Assembly: GCA_021823625.1 (NCBI GenBank)
Contig: JAKANS010000003.1
Location: 5,782-69,781 of the forward strand
Origin: a bacterium
GTDB taxonomy: Bacteria; Verrucomicrobiota; Verrucomicrobiia; Limisphaerales; J093
Direction of reading: 5' to 3'
DNA: 64,000 nucleotides
Shown piece after piece: positions 17,038 through 28,787 of this stretch. The position numbers were made by a program, and so were the translations under genes. The notes below the pieces were generated by a model, which did no database searches, had not been told where the DNA came from, and saw only the letters and a program-made list of their open reading frames with translations. Within the stretch, counting starts at the first letter, position 1, and each line of letters starts with the position of its first letter.

Positions 17038-18447
17038 TCAGGCTTCCCAGCCCGCGCGGTTGTTACGGCTCACAAACTGGGCGGATTCCGGCAGGTTCGG
17101 CGACTTCATGTTCGGACCGTCCCATTCCATCCGCCGGTCTTCACCCACGCGCAACGCCACGCAACCGAGCAGAATCACCTCGGCCAAGTAGGCGGCAATG
17201 TCGAACCGCGAGTAGGGCGCGTCGGGCTTGTTGGCCTTGATGGCCGTAACCCACTCGGCGTGCTGGCGGAAGTCGGTGCCGCCCTTGGCCGGGTTGCGAG
17301 GAATGGACTGCGGGACGTTCTTGCAGGCGTCGTGTTTGTCGCCGGACTTGAACTCCTCCTCGCCTTTCATCGCCAAGTAGAAGTGGGCGCCGTAATCGTC
17401 CGGCGAAAAGATCTTGCCCTTCTCGCCGATGATGAGCGCGCCGCTGCCGGGCAGATTGCCCTGTGTCATGATGATTTCCTTGACCTTGTCGGCCTCGGGG
17501 CGCAGCGGCTTCAACGCATCGTCCGGATTGCCGTCGTACCACCAGAATTTGAGGCGCGGCAGACCTTCGCGCTCGGGGAATTCGTAGCGGATCCGCGAGG
17601 TCTTGGGGAAGGTTTCCGGATAAATGCGCGAACCGAGCTCGTATTCCACCACGTCCGGGTAGCCCATTTTGCAGGCGCGGAACGGCATGTTGACCGTGTG
17701 ACACGCCATGTCTCCCAAGGCGCCGGTGCCGAAATCGTACCAGCCGCGCCAAGCGAAAGTGTGATACACCCCTTTCTTGTACGGGCGCATCGCGGCCGGC
17801 CCGATCCAACAATCCCAATCCAAGGTGTCGGGGATCGGGTCCTCACCGGGCGGCCGGTCGAGGCCCTGCGGCCAGATGGGGCGATTGGACCAGACGTGGA
17901 CTTCGAGCGGCTTGCCGATCACGCCCGCCTGGATGACTTCCACGGCGCGGCGCAGGCCGTCTTCGGAACTGCCCTGGTTACCCATCTGGGTGACCAGTTT
18001 CTTCTCGTTCGCCAACCCGCGAACGATGCGGGCTTCGTGGACGGTCTGGACGAGCGGTTTCTGGCAGTAGATGTGTTTGCCCATCTTCATCGCGCGGATC
18101 GCCGCCACGCCGTGGTTGTGATCCGGCGTCGAAACGGTCACCGCGTCAATCTCGCTGCCGACCGCTTCCAGCATTTTGCGATAATCTTGAAACTGCTTGG
18201 CCTTCGGGAACTCCCGGGCTTTCTTCGCGAGCGTGTTCTTGTCCACGTCGCAAATGGCCACAATGTCGCAGCCGGCGCGGGCGACATCGCTGCTGTCACT
18301 GTCGCCTTTGCCACCGACCCCGATGCAGGCGACGCTCACGCGTTCGTTGGCGCCCAAAACCCGGCCCACATAAGGAAAGGCGAGGGTGGCGGTACCGACA
18401 GCCGCGGTCGTGCGGCTGAGAAACTGACGACGAGTCAATGCATTCAT
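17038..18447 (-). CDS. Gfo/Idh/MocA-family oxidoreductase with a twin-arginine signal
   Basis: ORF 17038-18516. The ATG at 18447 gives MNALTRRQFLSRTTAAVGTATLAF (a Tat motif). It is followed by VACIGVGGKG and the YCQKPL motif. Confidence 0.88.
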   Translation of the reverse strand: MNALTRRQFLSRTTAAVGTATLAFPYVGRVLGANERVSVACIGVGGKGDSDSSDVARAGCDIVAICDVDKNTLAKKAREFPKAKQFQDYRKMLEAVGSEIDAVTVSTPDHNHGVAAIRAMKMGKHIYCQKPLVQTVHEARIVRGLANEKKLVTQMGNQGSSEDGLRRAVEVIQAGVIGKPLEVHVWSNRPIWPQGLDRPPGEDPIPDTLDWDCWIGPAAMRPYKKGVYHTFAWRGWYDFGTGALGDMACHTVNMPFRACKMGYPDVVEYELGSRIYPETFPKTSRIRYEFPEREGLPRLKFWWYDGNPDDALKPLRPEADKVKEIIMTQGNLPGSGALIIGEKGKIFSPDDYGAHFYLAMKGEEEFKSGDKHDACKNVPQSIPRNPAKGGTDFRQHAEWVTAIKANKPDAPYSRFDIAAYLAEVILLGCVALRVGEDRRMEWDGPNMKSPNLPESAQFVSRNNRAGWEA

Positions 18448-19134
18448 GTTGCGCTGTCTTGCTCTTGGTACACCGCTTTGGCGGTCGCCCTGCCCGCATT
18501 GCCGGCAGCCGGGCAAGGCAAGTTACGATCATTCCGGCACTAGCTTGGGACGCACCGGGTGCGTCCGCTGTTCAAAAACTCATCCGGTGCGACGCGCCAT
18601 TTGTGCGGCGAGACCCCGGTTCGGACAAGTTAATTCTGGCTACGCCCGCACTTGCGAGCTGTCCGAGCACCAACGAACTCGCCCAAGTCAGATCCCAAGT
18701 CCGGCAAGTCACCTCAACGGCGAGCAAAGGTTAGTGTCAACGATTTGCCCGCCGCCGTCAGAAGGCGGCTGGGCGCGGAGCATCCGTGGCCGCCGCGCAG
18801 TCGGGCGTGGCGGTGCCCGCGACCGCCATCGCGAGGCCGGGATTGGCCTCGCTGGGGTTCGCCGATGGGTTGTTGACGCCGGATTTGCGGGAGAGTTCAA
18901 CGGCGAATTCGCCCGGTTCGCGGCAGCTCCGGCGTTGGCAACCGCCGGCACCGTTCCCAGCGTGTGCCGCAAAACACACGTTGACCATTGCGCCGATGGT
19001 GCCACTTTTCGCTCAACGGCAAGCGTTCGGCTGGCGCTGCCCTGTGCCGGTGCGGTGACCAGAACGCTTCCGGCGGACAGCTCGCGAATAAGCAGTGCGG
19101 TTGCGGATCAACTCGGTGCGCGAATCAGTTTGCG

Positions 19135-19923
<789 letters not shown>

Positions 19924-20005
19924 CCGCCTTCCTAGTTGTCTTAAGGCCTGAGGATTCTGGGAAGGCCAGGCGAATTGCGCTGGGCAAAGACCGGCCAAGC
20001 TTGGT

Positions 20006-21547
20006 TTACGCTGGCACCAGTGGCGTTTTCCGCAGCCGGCTGCGACGCACGCCATATCCAAAGTAAATCATCAGTCCCACCGCCATCCACACGAAGAACC
20101 GCACCCACGTCACGACCGGGAGTTTGGCCGCGAGGTAGCCGCAGCACAGGATCGCGGCCAGCGGCACCCACGGCACCAGCGGCGCGCGGAAAGGCCGGGG
20201 CCGGTCGGGTTGGGTGCGGCGCAAAATGAGAATCCCGCCGGCCACCAGCGCGAACGCCAGCAGCGTGCCAATGTTGGTGAGCTCGACCAGTTCGTTGATG
20301 TTCGCCAGCGAGGAAAAGGCAGCCACGAACACCCCGGTCAGAATCGTGGTGATGTGCGGCGTGCGCCAACGCGGATGCACCTTCGCCGCCCACGGCGGCA
20401 GGAGGCCGTCACGACCCATTGCGAAGAATATGCGCGTCTGGCCAACCTGGAATGGCACCAGCGCGGAAGTGGTAGCCAGCACCGCACCCAAGGCGATGAT
20501 GCCGGCCGTCCAGTGCATGTTCAGCGCCGAGAACGCGAACGCCAGCGGTTCGGCATTGCCGAGGGTGTCCCATTTCGCCATGCCGGTGAGCACCACCGCT
20601 ACCGCGACGTAAAGCACGGTGCAGACGACCAGGCTGCCGATGATGCCGATGGGCATGTCGCGTTGCGGGTTGCGCGCTTCCTCGGACGCGGTGGACACGG
20701 CGTCGAAGCCGATGTACGCGAAAAAGATGATCGCCGCCGCACTCGAAATGCCTTTCAGGCCGTTGGGCGCGAACGGCGTCCAGTTCTCCGGCTTCACGTA
20801 ACACGCGCCCAGGACGAGGAAAAACACGATGATCACCAGCTTGCCAATGGCCAGGGCGCTGTTCGTGAAGGCGGTTTCGCGAATGCCGATCAGGCCGATC
20901 CAAGTAATGATGGCGATGATCGAAAAGGCCGGCAGGTTGAAGATGATCGGCAGCCCGAGCAGGTGTGGCGCGGATTTCAACGCCTCGGCGTCGCGCAGAA
21001 TCCCGGCGCCGAGCGTCGCCAAGTCCGTGCCGGCGGCGTGGGCTTGGGCGACTTGCGCGGTGGCCTGCAAGGCGGAGCGGAAATCGGTGCCGAGCCAGGC
21101 GGGAATGCTGACATGAAAACCGCGCAGCAGTTCCTGGAAGTAGCCAGACCAGGAGATGGCGACGGCCGCGTTGCTGACCGCGTATTCAAGCACCAAGTCC
21201 CAGCCGATCAGCCAGGCGATCAGTTCGCCCAGCGTGGCGTAGGCATAAGTGTACGCGGAGCCGGCCACCGGCACCATCGCGGCGAACTCCGCATAACAGA
21301 GCGCCGCGAATCCGCAGGCCACCGCCACCATGAGGAACGAAACGACCAAGGCCGGCCCGGCACCGACATGGTGCTCTCCGCCGGCCGCCGCCGTGCCCAC
21401 CGTGGAAAAGATGCCCGCACCCACGATGGCCCCGATGCCCAGCAACATCAGTTGTATCGGGCCAAGCGTGCGCCGGAGTTGCTGGTCAGGACGCTCGGTG
21501 TCGCCGATCAGGCGGTCGAGCGGCTTGACGCGGAAAAGCGGAGACAT
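20006..21547 (-). CDS. APC-family amino acid permease
   Basis: ORF track 513 aa. GIGAIVGAGIF..., AELA-like YAEFAAMVPVAGSAYTY, and about 12-14 hydrophobic segments. Confidence 0.9.
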   Translation of the reverse strand: MSPLFRVKPLDRLIGDTERPDQQLRRTLGPIQLMLLGIGAIVGAGIFSTVGTAAAGGEHHVGAGPALVVSFLMVAVACGFAALCYAEFAAMVPVAGSAYTYAYATLGELIAWLIGWDLVLEYAVSNAAVAISWSGYFQELLRGFHVSIPAWLGTDFRSALQATAQVAQAHAAGTDLATLGAGILRDAEALKSAPHLLGLPIIFNLPAFSIIAIITWIGLIGIRETAFTNSALAIGKLVIIVFFLVLGACYVKPENWTPFAPNGLKGISSAAAIIFFAYIGFDAVSTASEEARNPQRDMPIGIIGSLVVCTVLYVAVAVVLTGMAKWDTLGNAEPLAFAFSALNMHWTAGIIALGAVLATTSALVPFQVGQTRIFFAMGRDGLLPPWAAKVHPRWRTPHITTILTGVFVAAFSSLANINELVELTNIGTLLAFALVAGGILILRRTQPDRPRPFRAPLVPWVPLAAILCCGYLAAKLPVVTWVRFFVWMAVGLMIYFGYGVRRSRLRKTPLVPA

Positions 21548-21696
21548 GCGTTCGTGCGGTCAGGTCATGCGCGGCCCGGGCCCGACCCGGTCGCCACGGA
21601 AGTTCCACGGGTGCCGGGGCCGGCGCATGTTTGAGGTAAGCCCCGCTGCTTGGCAAGCGCGGGCTGCCGGCTGGGCGGCGTCTGCGGCGGGCGCGC

Positions 21697-22548
21697 TCAG
21701 CGCCGAACCGTGGTGCGTGCCTTGAGCCAGGCGAGGTCGTTGCGCCCCGAGGCTTTGACCTGGTTCCCGCTGTGATCGTGCCAGTTGCTCGGCGCGGGAC
21801 TTGGGTCGTTGAAGGTGGGATCGCTCCAGCGATGGGTTTCGGCATGACCGTCCACAAAGCTGAAATTGGAGACGCGCCCGTGATAATTGCCGGGGTAATG
21901 ATAAATGCCGTAGGAGTCCATGTTCACGCCGAACATCGGCCGGCAGATGCTCAGCGGGTGGATCTCGCCAAAGATGAAGATCTGGGAGGCGGCATTGGGT
22001 TGGGAGGTCTTCAGAAACACCTCGTAACGGTCCCTCAACGGAAGGTTGCTATAAACCGCTTCCTGCCAGCCAACGTACGCGTTCATGCCATAGCTCCTCG
22101 GCCAGCGCACCATTTTGTTGCCGGCCTTGTGCAGTTTGGTGTCGCCGGGGCACCGGAAAGTGTCTTTCGTCTTCAAGTATGGAGCCAGTAGGGAAACCTT
22201 TTCCGAGACCATGCCCAGCGCGCTGGCTTCATCGGCCAGGTTGGAGCCTTCGCGGCCTTCGACCCAGACTTCGGGGACGTAGCCCGCGGGTGGGTTGGCC
22301 AGGTTGACGCCGGAATCGCCGGCGCCGTTCAAGGGCCAGGCATCGTTGAAGTCCCCGGCGTAAACGATCGCCGCCAACACGAGTTGTTTCTCGTTGTTGA
22401 TGCAACTGACCGATTGCGCCTTGGCCTTCGCCCGCGACAACGCCGGCAGGAGCATGCCCGCCAGAATGGCGATGATCGCGATGACCACGAGCAATTCGAT
22501 CAACGTGAAGCCCCGCGGCGAGGCCGTGCGTGGGCCAAGTATCTTCAT
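21697..22548 (-). CDS. Prepilin-type N-terminal cleavage/methylation domain protein (paralog)
   Basis: ATG at 22548 within ORF 21697-22962 gives [38 protein letters not shown]-terminal FVDGHAE motif. Confidence 0.85.
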   Translation of the reverse strand: MKILGPRTASPRGFTLIELLVVIAIIAILAGMLLPALSRAKAKAQSVSCINNEKQLVLAAIVYAGDFNDAWPLNGAGDSGVNLANPPAGYVPEVWVEGREGSNLADEASALGMVSEKVSLLAPYLKTKDTFRCPGDTKLHKAGNKMVRWPRSYGMNAYVGWQEAVYSNLPLRDRYEVFLKTSQPNAASQIFIFGEIHPLSICRPMFGVNMDSYGIYHYPGNYHGRVSNFSFVDGHAETHRWSDPTFNDPSPAPSNWHDHSGNQVKASGRNDLAWLKARTTVRR

Positions 22549-22736
22549 AAGTGTCGTTTCGGGTAACCGTTCTTGCGCCAGCAAGATCGAATCTTGAACC
22601 GATGGCGAATCGAGGGCAAGTGTGCGTTTCCGGGCACAACGCGCTCGGCTCGCGGCGAACCCGCACGTCGCGGCACTGGCCAGCGGGAACGCCTCCGCCA
22701 CGTTGCATTCCGCCGCCACTCTGCCAATTTGCGGGT

Positions 22737-24923
22737 ATGCCGAGTGCGACTCCATTGCGGCGCGGCTGCTGGCTGGGGCTGGGGCTCCTGATTGCTTCCG
22801 CGTCCGCTGCCGACACGAAAACCCGCGCCACGTTGTTGCTGGCGGCCGACGCCGCGCGGCCGGGCGATTCGGTCCTCGCCGCCGTCCGCCTGCAAATGCC
22901 GCCGGGCTGGCACACTTATTGGCGCAACCCCGGCGAGTCCGGCCTGGCCACCACTCTCGCATGGACCTTGCCGGCGGGCATCACCGCCGGCGACATCCAA
23001 TGGCCGCCGCCCGAACCTTACGTCACCAGCGACCTCACGACGTACGTTTACCACGACGAAGTACTGTTGCTCGTCCCGCTCAAGCTCGCGCCCGACCTCA
23101 AGCCGGGTCGGCTCAGTCTCAAGGCCCGCGTGGACTGGCTCGAATGCGAAGTCGCCTGCGTTCCCGGAGCAGCCACCTTGACGGCGGTGCTGGAAGTGGC
23201 CGCCGCCGACCGCCCTTCGGCCAACGCGCCGCTGATCGCAGCCTGGCAGAAACGCATTCCTCCGCCTGGCCCAGACTTGCAGGCGCGCGCCGTTTGGGAG
23301 ACGCCGCCGGCCGGCGACACGGGCACGCTGATTGTGGAAGGCCAGGCGCCAGCCGATTTCCAGCCAACCGATTTTTACGCTTACCCGGGCGACGGTTACG
23401 AAATCAGCCCGGCGGTGAAAGTGCTCTCCGCAGACGCCGGCCGATTCCGGCTGAGCAAATTCATCAAGCGCTTTGACAAAGCCTTTCCCGCACAGATCGC
23501 CGGCATTCTGGTTGGAAAAGCGAGCGCCGGCGCGCCCGTCAAGGCGTTCGAGGTGGCGCTCGATCTCCCGGCCACGACCGCCAGTTCCGCACCTTCGCCA
23601 ACAGCAGCGCCGGTGGCCACGGCGTCACCCGCGGCAAAAGCCGGCCTGCTGGGGATGCTGGGTCTGGCGTTCCTCGGCGGATTGATCCTGAACGTCATGC
23701 CGTGCGTGTTGCCGGTGATCGCGCTCAAGGTCTTGGGCTTCGTCCAGCAGAGCAAGGAAGCACCGCAACGGGTCCGCCAGCTTGGCGTGGTCTATGCCTT
23801 GGGCGTGCTTGCCTCGTTCCTGGTGCTGGCCGGGATCGTGATCCAAGTGCAGCACGCCGGCGGCACGGCCAGTTGGGGGATGCAGATGCAGAACCCGTAT
23901 TTTCGGCTCGCGCTGCTGGTGGTGGTGACGCTCGTCGCGCTGAATCTGTTTGGCGTCTTCGAGATCACGCTGCCGGGAAGCGCGCTGGGCGCGGCCGCTG
24001 GCCTGGCCGCGAAGGAAGGGGCGGCCGGCGCGTTCTTCAACGGCGTGCTCGCGACGGCACTCGCCACTCCCTGCACGGCGCCGTTCCTCGCAGTGGCTCT
24101 CGGCTTTGCCTTCACCCAACCCGCGTGGGTCACGGTGCTGATCTTTACGGCGGTAGCGTTGGGGCTGGCTTCGCCGTACGTCCTGCTGAGCTGGCACCCT
24201 GGCTGGCTCAAGTTCCTTCCCAAGCCCGGCGCGTGGATGCTTCGATTCAAGGTGGCGATGGGTTTTCCCATGCTGGCAACGGCCATCTGGCTGTTCGACC
24301 TGACCGCCCCCAGTTTCGGCGAAGGCGGCGTTCTTTGGCTGGGCCTGTCACTGGCTTTGCTGGCGCTGACGGCGTGGGTCTGGGGCGAATTCGTCCAGCG
24401 CGGGGCAAAACGCCGGATTCTGGCCTGGGGTGTCTGTGTGGCGTTGCTCGCCTTCAATTACGCTTACCTCTTGGAAGACCAGCTTCGCTGGCGCTCGCCC
24501 CACGCGGCGGACACCGGTGGAGACATCGTGAAAGACGGCCCCGAGGGCATCGAGTGGCATCGTTGGAGCGAAGCCGCGGTGCAGGCCGCCCGCGCCGCCG
24601 GCCACCCTGCGCTGGTCGATTTCACGGCCAAGTGGTGCCTCACCTGCAAATCCAACAAGCGCTTCGCCGTGGATATTCCCGAAGTCCGCGCCCGCCTGAA
24701 GGCACTGAACGCCGTCGCTTTTCGCGCCGACAACACGGATCCCAACCCCTTGATCGCGGCCGAGTTGAAGCGTTTCGAGCGCGCCGGGGTGCCGCTGGTG
24801 CTGGTGTTTCCGGCCGAGGTCTCCAAGCCACCGATCATCTTGCCCGCGATCCTGACTCGCAGCATTGTGCTCGATGCGCTGGCCAAAGTCGGGCCGCCAA
24901 CGGTGGCGAGCCGGACTGAATAA
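22737..24923 (+). CDS. DsbD-family thiol:disulfide interchange protein (N-terminal periplasmic domain, TM core, C-terminal thioredoxin)
   Basis: ATG at 22737 within ORF 22551-24923, with a signal peptide. GWHTYW...[11 protein letters not shown] in the N-domain, a polytopic core with PCVLPV, and a C-terminal [10 protein letters not shown] thioredoxin motif. Confidence 0.85.
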   Translation: MPSATPLRRGCWLGLGLLIASASAADTKTRATLLLAADAARPGDSVLAAVRLQMPPGWHTYWRNPGESGLATTLAWTLPAGITAGDIQWPPPEPYVTSDLTTYVYHDEVLLLVPLKLAPDLKPGRLSLKARVDWLECEVACVPGAATLTAVLEVAAADRPSANAPLIAAWQKRIPPPGPDLQARAVWETPPAGDTGTLIVEGQAPADFQPTDFYAYPGDGYEISPAVKVLSADAGRFRLSKFIKRFDKAFPAQIAGILVGKASAGAPVKAFEVALDLPATTASSAPSPTAAPVATASPAAKAGLLGMLGLAFLGGLILNVMPCVLPVIALKVLGFVQQSKEAPQRVRQLGVVYALGVLASFLVLAGIVIQVQHAGGTASWGMQMQNPYFRLALLVVVTLVALNLFGVFEITLPGSALGAAAGLAAKEGAAGAFFNGVLATALATPCTAPFLAVALGFAFTQPAWVTVLIFTAVALGLASPYVLLSWHPGWLKFLPKPGAWMLRFKVAMGFPMLATAIWLFDLTAPSFGEGGVLWLGLSLALLALTAWVWGEFVQRGAKRRILAWGVCVALLAFNYAYLLEDQLRWRSPHAADTGGDIVKDGPEGIEWHRWSEAAVQAARAAGHPALVDFTAKWCLTCKSNKRFAVDIPEVRARLKALNAVAFRADNTDPNPLIAAELKRFERAGVPLVLVFPAEVSKPPIILPAILTRSIVLDALAKVGPPTVASRTE

Positions 24924-24997
24924 TTGCTCCGTGGCTGGCTTCTGACTACTTTGGCTGGCGGGAGATGGGATGAGGTTTCACCGCCTACGTGACCCTT

Positions 24998-25603
24998 ATG
25001 AAATCCAAAACACTCTTAGGGCTGGGGTTGGCCTGCACGCTTGCCGGCGCCGCTTGGGGCCAGGTTCGGACCGGGCAGCCGGCACCGGACTTCGTCGCGA
25101 AGGACATGAATGGTCGCGCCCTGCGGCTGAGCGATTACCAGGGGAAGATCGTCGTTTTGGAGGCGTACAACCCCGATTGCCCGTTCTGTGCCAACCATTA
25201 CCGGTCTGGATTGATGCCGGGGTTGCAGGCCGCCGTGACCAGCAAGGGCGGGGTATGGTTGGTGATCGCCTCCGCCCAACCGGGTCAGCCCGGCTACCGC
25301 GATGCCGCGGCGGCCCGGAAAGAGTTCGCTGCTCAGGGCATGAAAGCCACGACTTGGGTGGACGATTCATCGGGCGCCATCGCCAAGAAGTACGGCATCA
25401 AAACCACCCCGCAGATGTTTGTCTTGGATTCGCAAGGCGTGCTGGCCTACCAAGGCGCGATCGACGACCACGCTGTGAGCACAGGCGACCCGCGCACAGC
25501 GAAGAATTACGTAAAGCTCGCGGTCGAGTCGCTCATGGCCAACCGGCCGGTGCCCGTGGCGGAAACACCGCCTTACGGCTCACCCGTCAAGCCAGCCAAG
25601 TAA
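24998..25603 (+). CDS. Secreted redoxin / TlpA-like thioredoxin-fold protein
   Basis: ATG at 24998 (ORF 24989-25603). Signal peptide MKSKTLLGLGLACTLAGAAWG, PAPDF..D..G, a CPFC active site and TTPQMFVLD. Confidence 0.8.
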   Translation: MKSKTLLGLGLACTLAGAAWGQVRTGQPAPDFVAKDMNGRALRLSDYQGKIVVLEAYNPDCPFCANHYRSGLMPGLQAAVTSKGGVWLVIASAQPGQPGYRDAAAARKEFAAQGMKATTWVDDSSGAIAKKYGIKTTPQMFVLDSQGVLAYQGAIDDHAVSTGDPRTAKNYVKLAVESLMANRPVPVAETPPYGSPVKPAK

Positions 25604-25693
25604 GCCGCCGGCGTTTCACCGAAACTCTGCCGTACCAAGTTGACCGGTTGACTGCGCCGGAATTGACGGAACTCTGCCGGCGTTTTTCGCCCG

Positions 25694-26845
25694 ATGCGGA
25701 CGATCTACCTCGATCACAATGCGACTACGCCGCTCGATCCCGATGTTCGGGCGTCAATGCTTCCCTTTCTTGCCGAGGTTTTTGGAAATCCCTCGAGCAT
25801 CCATGCAGAGGGCCGGCGGGCGCGGGCGTTCCTTGATGAAGCACGCGAAAAACTGGCCGCAATCTGGGGCTGCAAGCCTTCAGAGCTGGTGTTTACTTCG
25901 GGCGGTACGGAGGCAAATAACCTGGCCATCCTTAGTGCCGCGCGCACACGCCGGGATCGCGGCCGACACCTGATCACGTCCATGATCGAACACCACGCGG
26001 TATTGAGGCCGATGCAGTATCTCGCCGCCTCCGAGGGTTTCACTGTGACGATAGTTGGAACCGACCCCTATGGATTTGTCGATCCGAGTGAAATTGCCCG
26101 CACGCTTCGCCAGGACACGATTCTAGTTTCAATCATGGCGGCCAACAATGAGGTGGGAACGATCCAGCCGGTTACCGAGATCGGCCGGTTGTGCCGGGAC
26201 CGCGGTGTCTTGTTTCATACCGATGCGGTGCAGTGGTTTGGCAAAAGACCGTTGCGCAAGATCACCGAGTTTGAGGCAGATTTGGTGACCTGTTGCGCTC
26301 ACAAACTATATGGGCCCAAAGGCGCTGGATGTCTTTATGTACGGTCACCGCTCAGGCTACAAAGTGCTTTGTTTGGCGGCAGCCAGGAAGACGAACGCCG
26401 CCCAGGCACTGAGAACCTTGCTGGAATTGTGGGCTTGGTTGCCGCGGTGGCCCGGTTCGCCAATCCACCGGTATTCGATCCGCCGCGTCTCCGATCCTTG
26501 ACGGAACGGCTGGAGGCCTTGACCACCGCTTTGCCTGGAGTCCGCCGCTGGGGCGCGCCAGTGGCCGACCGCCTGGCAAATACTCTGGCGCTGACCGCAG
26601 AGCATTGTGATAGCCTCTCGCTTCTGGCCGGTCTCGACTTGGCGGGTGTTTGTGCCTCGAGCGGCTCCGCTTGCTCGGTTGGGTCGCTGACATCCTCGCA
26701 TGTCTTGACCAGCCTCGGCGCCTCGCCTGAACAGGCCGCCGGACTGGTCCGGTTCTCGTTGGGGAGGAACACAACCTTGGAGGACATCGAGGCGGCCGCC
26801 ACCATCTTTGCCGCGGTGGTAAACCATGTGCGTAACCCGACTTAA
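25694..26845 (+). CDS. Cysteine desulfurase (NifS/IscS class V aminotransferase)
   Basis: ORF track 383 aa. IYLDHNATTP, FTSGGTEANN, a SAHK-like CCAHKLYGPKG segment and an SSGSACS active-site loop. Confidence 0.9.
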   Translation: MRTIYLDHNATTPLDPDVRASMLPFLAEVFGNPSSIHAEGRRARAFLDEAREKLAAIWGCKPSELVFTSGGTEANNLAILSAARTRRDRGRHLITSMIEHHAVLRPMQYLAASEGFTVTIVGTDPYGFVDPSEIARTLRQDTILVSIMAANNEVGTIQPVTEIGRLCRDRGVLFHTDAVQWFGKRPLRKITEFEADLVTCCAHKLYGPKGAGCLYVRSPLRLQSALFGGSQEDERRPGTENLAGIVGLVAAVARFANPPVFDPPRLRSLTERLEALTTALPGVRRWGAPVADRLANTLALTAEHCDSLSLLAGLDLAGVCASSGSACSVGSLTSSHVLTSLGASPEQAAGLVRFSLGRNTTLEDIEAAATIFAAVVNHVRNPT

Positions 26846-26926
26846 ACCCAGCCGCGGCTGCGAACAACCCTGCGTCCGGCCGAGAACGGCTCCATTTCTC
26901 GACCCCTCTAGCTCTTGGGCCGGTGG

Positions 26927-26998
26927 TTATTCACAGGTGCCGTGGGCCACAACTGCTTGGGGCAGCCTTGACAACGCACCTTCCTTGCCTTATCCACA
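26927..26998 (+). promoter_or_regulatory. Two DnaA boxes plus a sigma70-like dnaN promoter whose -10 element overlaps the perfect box
   Basis: TTATTCACA (26927-26935, 8 of 9 matches) and TTATCCACA (26990-26998, perfect), both followed by GG, in the same orientation and 63 bp apart. TTGACA (26968-26973), 17-nt spacer, TATCCA (26991-26996). Confidence 0.5.
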
Positions 26999-27047
26999 GG
27001 CTCTAATAATACGTTCCTTTGACTGAGGAATTGAAATCTCCCTCTTA

Positions 27048-28157
27048 ATGAAACTGTCGATAACCAAAGACCAGTTCACGAACGGTCTGCAGGCGGTTCA
27101 GAATGTTGTGGGCGTGCGGACGACGTTGCCCATCCTGGCAAACGTTTTGCTCCAGGCCGAAGACAACCGCTTGCGGCTCACGGCGACCGATCTGGATGTG
27201 ACCGTCGCCTGCACCGTGGAGGCGAAAGTTGTCAAGAAAGGCGCTTCCACACTCCCGGCCAAACGGCTCTTCAGCATCGTGCGCGAAGCGCCGCTCGGAG
27301 AAGTCGAACTGGAGGTGGACGACCGCAACGTCTGCACGCTGAGGTCCGGCTCGTCGCTCTTCAAAATGAATGGCTTGCCCGCTGAAGACTTCCCACCGTT
27401 GCCACAATTCGACGAAAGGAAAGCGATTGTTCTGCCCCAAGACAAGCTGAAGGCCATGCTGCGCCGGACGGCCTTCGCGGCCTCCACGGACGAGACCCGC
27501 TACGTTCTGAACGGCCTTTTCTTCAGCCTCAAAGATCACAAGGTTACCGCCGTGGCCACCGATGGCAGGCGGCTGGCGCTCACCGACGAGGAAGCTGACA
27601 TCGACAGCAGTGCGCACGCCGAGTTTATCGTCCCCACCAAGGCAATCAACGAACTGACCCGGTTGCTGCAAGACAAGGGAACCGTGGAGCTGCGGCACAC
27701 CGACAATCAAGCGGCCTTTGCCATGCCGAACGAGCAAGGCGGCGGGATCCTCGTCACGACCAAGCTTGTCGAGGGAAACTACCCGAATTACCGACAGGTT
27801 ATTCCGCGGGAGTCCAAGGAACGAGTGACGTTGATCCGCGAGGAATTCCTGCAAGCGTTGCGGCGCGCGGAGATCATGACCAGTGACAAGACCAACTCGG
27901 TCAAACTCAGCTTTTCGAGGAATCAACTGACCATCACCGCCAACACTCCTGAAGTGGGCGAAGCTGTGGAGACCGTGGCCATCAATTACAAGGGCAATGA
28001 TTTTGCCGTTGCCTTCAATCCGGCCTTCCTTGTCGAGGCGCTGCGCGCCTTGGATCAAGACGAGATCTTCTTCGAGCTGACTGACGAATTGAGTCCAGGC
28101 GTCATCAAGATCAACGGCTCGTTCCTTTACGTGATCATGCCGATGCGGACAAATTAA
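27048..28157 (+). CDS. dnaN: DNA polymerase III beta sliding clamp
   Basis: ORF track 369 aa. MKLSITKDQF...LPILANVLL...LRLTATDLDV... and a C-terminal ..YVIMPMR. Confidence 0.95.
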   Translation: MKLSITKDQFTNGLQAVQNVVGVRTTLPILANVLLQAEDNRLRLTATDLDVTVACTVEAKVVKKGASTLPAKRLFSIVREAPLGEVELEVDDRNVCTLRSGSSLFKMNGLPAEDFPPLPQFDERKAIVLPQDKLKAMLRRTAFAASTDETRYVLNGLFFSLKDHKVTAVATDGRRLALTDEEADIDSSAHAEFIVPTKAINELTRLLQDKGTVELRHTDNQAAFAMPNEQGGGILVTTKLVEGNYPNYRQVIPRESKERVTLIREEFLQALRRAEIMTSDKTNSVKLSFSRNQLTITANTPEVGEAVETVAINYKGNDFAVAFNPAFLVEALRALDQDEIFFELTDELSPGVIKINGSFLYVIMPMRTN

Positions 28158-28275
28158 CCGCCGAGTCGGCAACGAACGTGCTTACCTAAGGCCGGTCAGT
28201 CGGCCGCGAGCGTCCGCGGAAAAGACGCTTTACAAGCCTTTGGCGGCCGGTAACGTCTGTAGAAAATTCTTCGTT

Positions 28276-28734
28276 ATGCGAAGCTCGTTATTATCGGCTT
28301 TTTTTGTGGCGTTGGGCGCTGTGCTGCTGGTGGGCTGCAAGGGACCAGAGCAGAAGCTCGGCCGTGGCATCTCCAATGTGACCGAGTTCACCCGCTTGGG
28401 CGAAATTCGGCGCAGTGTGGAGCAAACGGCGCTTTGGGACGGCCCGCAACAGGCCTATACCACCGGTTTTATCAGCGGTGTAAATCGCAGCGTCATTCGC
28501 ACCTTGGTGGGCGCCTACGAGATCGTCACCTTCCCGATCCCCAGCTACGATCCCTGGCTGCGCCCTGGTAACCGCTTAATGCCGGACGCGACCGTGGATC
28601 CCGTCTATCCTGACAGCTACCAGCCCGGTCTGATGGCGGACGGCGTTTTCGAGACCGATGTCAACTTGGGATTCTCCGGCGGCGACACTGCGCCATTCAT
28701 TCCGGGCAGCCGCTTCCGCATCTTCGATTACTAA
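28276..28734 (+). CDS. Small lipoprotein, possibly a TIGR04073-type exosortase-system-associated protein
   Basis: ATG at 28276 (ORF 28240-28734). Lipobox LLVGC and KLGRGISNVTEF. The family name is recalled from memory only. Confidence 0.6.
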   Translation: MRSSLLSAFFVALGAVLLVGCKGPEQKLGRGISNVTEFTRLGEIRRSVEQTALWDGPQQAYTTGFISGVNRSVIRTLVGAYEIVTFPIPSYDPWLRPGNRLMPDATVDPVYPDSYQPGLMADGVFETDVNLGFSGGDTAPFIPGSRFRIFDY

Positions 28735-28787
28735 ACAGGCACGCACGATTTGGCGCCGACGCCCCGCGTCTGGCGCCTTTTTCGTTT

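Noticed and set aside
24998-25603. Possible selenoprotein (in-frame TGA) among the redox genes, prompted by the presence of selB.
   Set aside because: The redoxin has an ordinary CPFC site and an uninterrupted frame. No other CDS in the window needs TGA read-through to restore a conserved protein.
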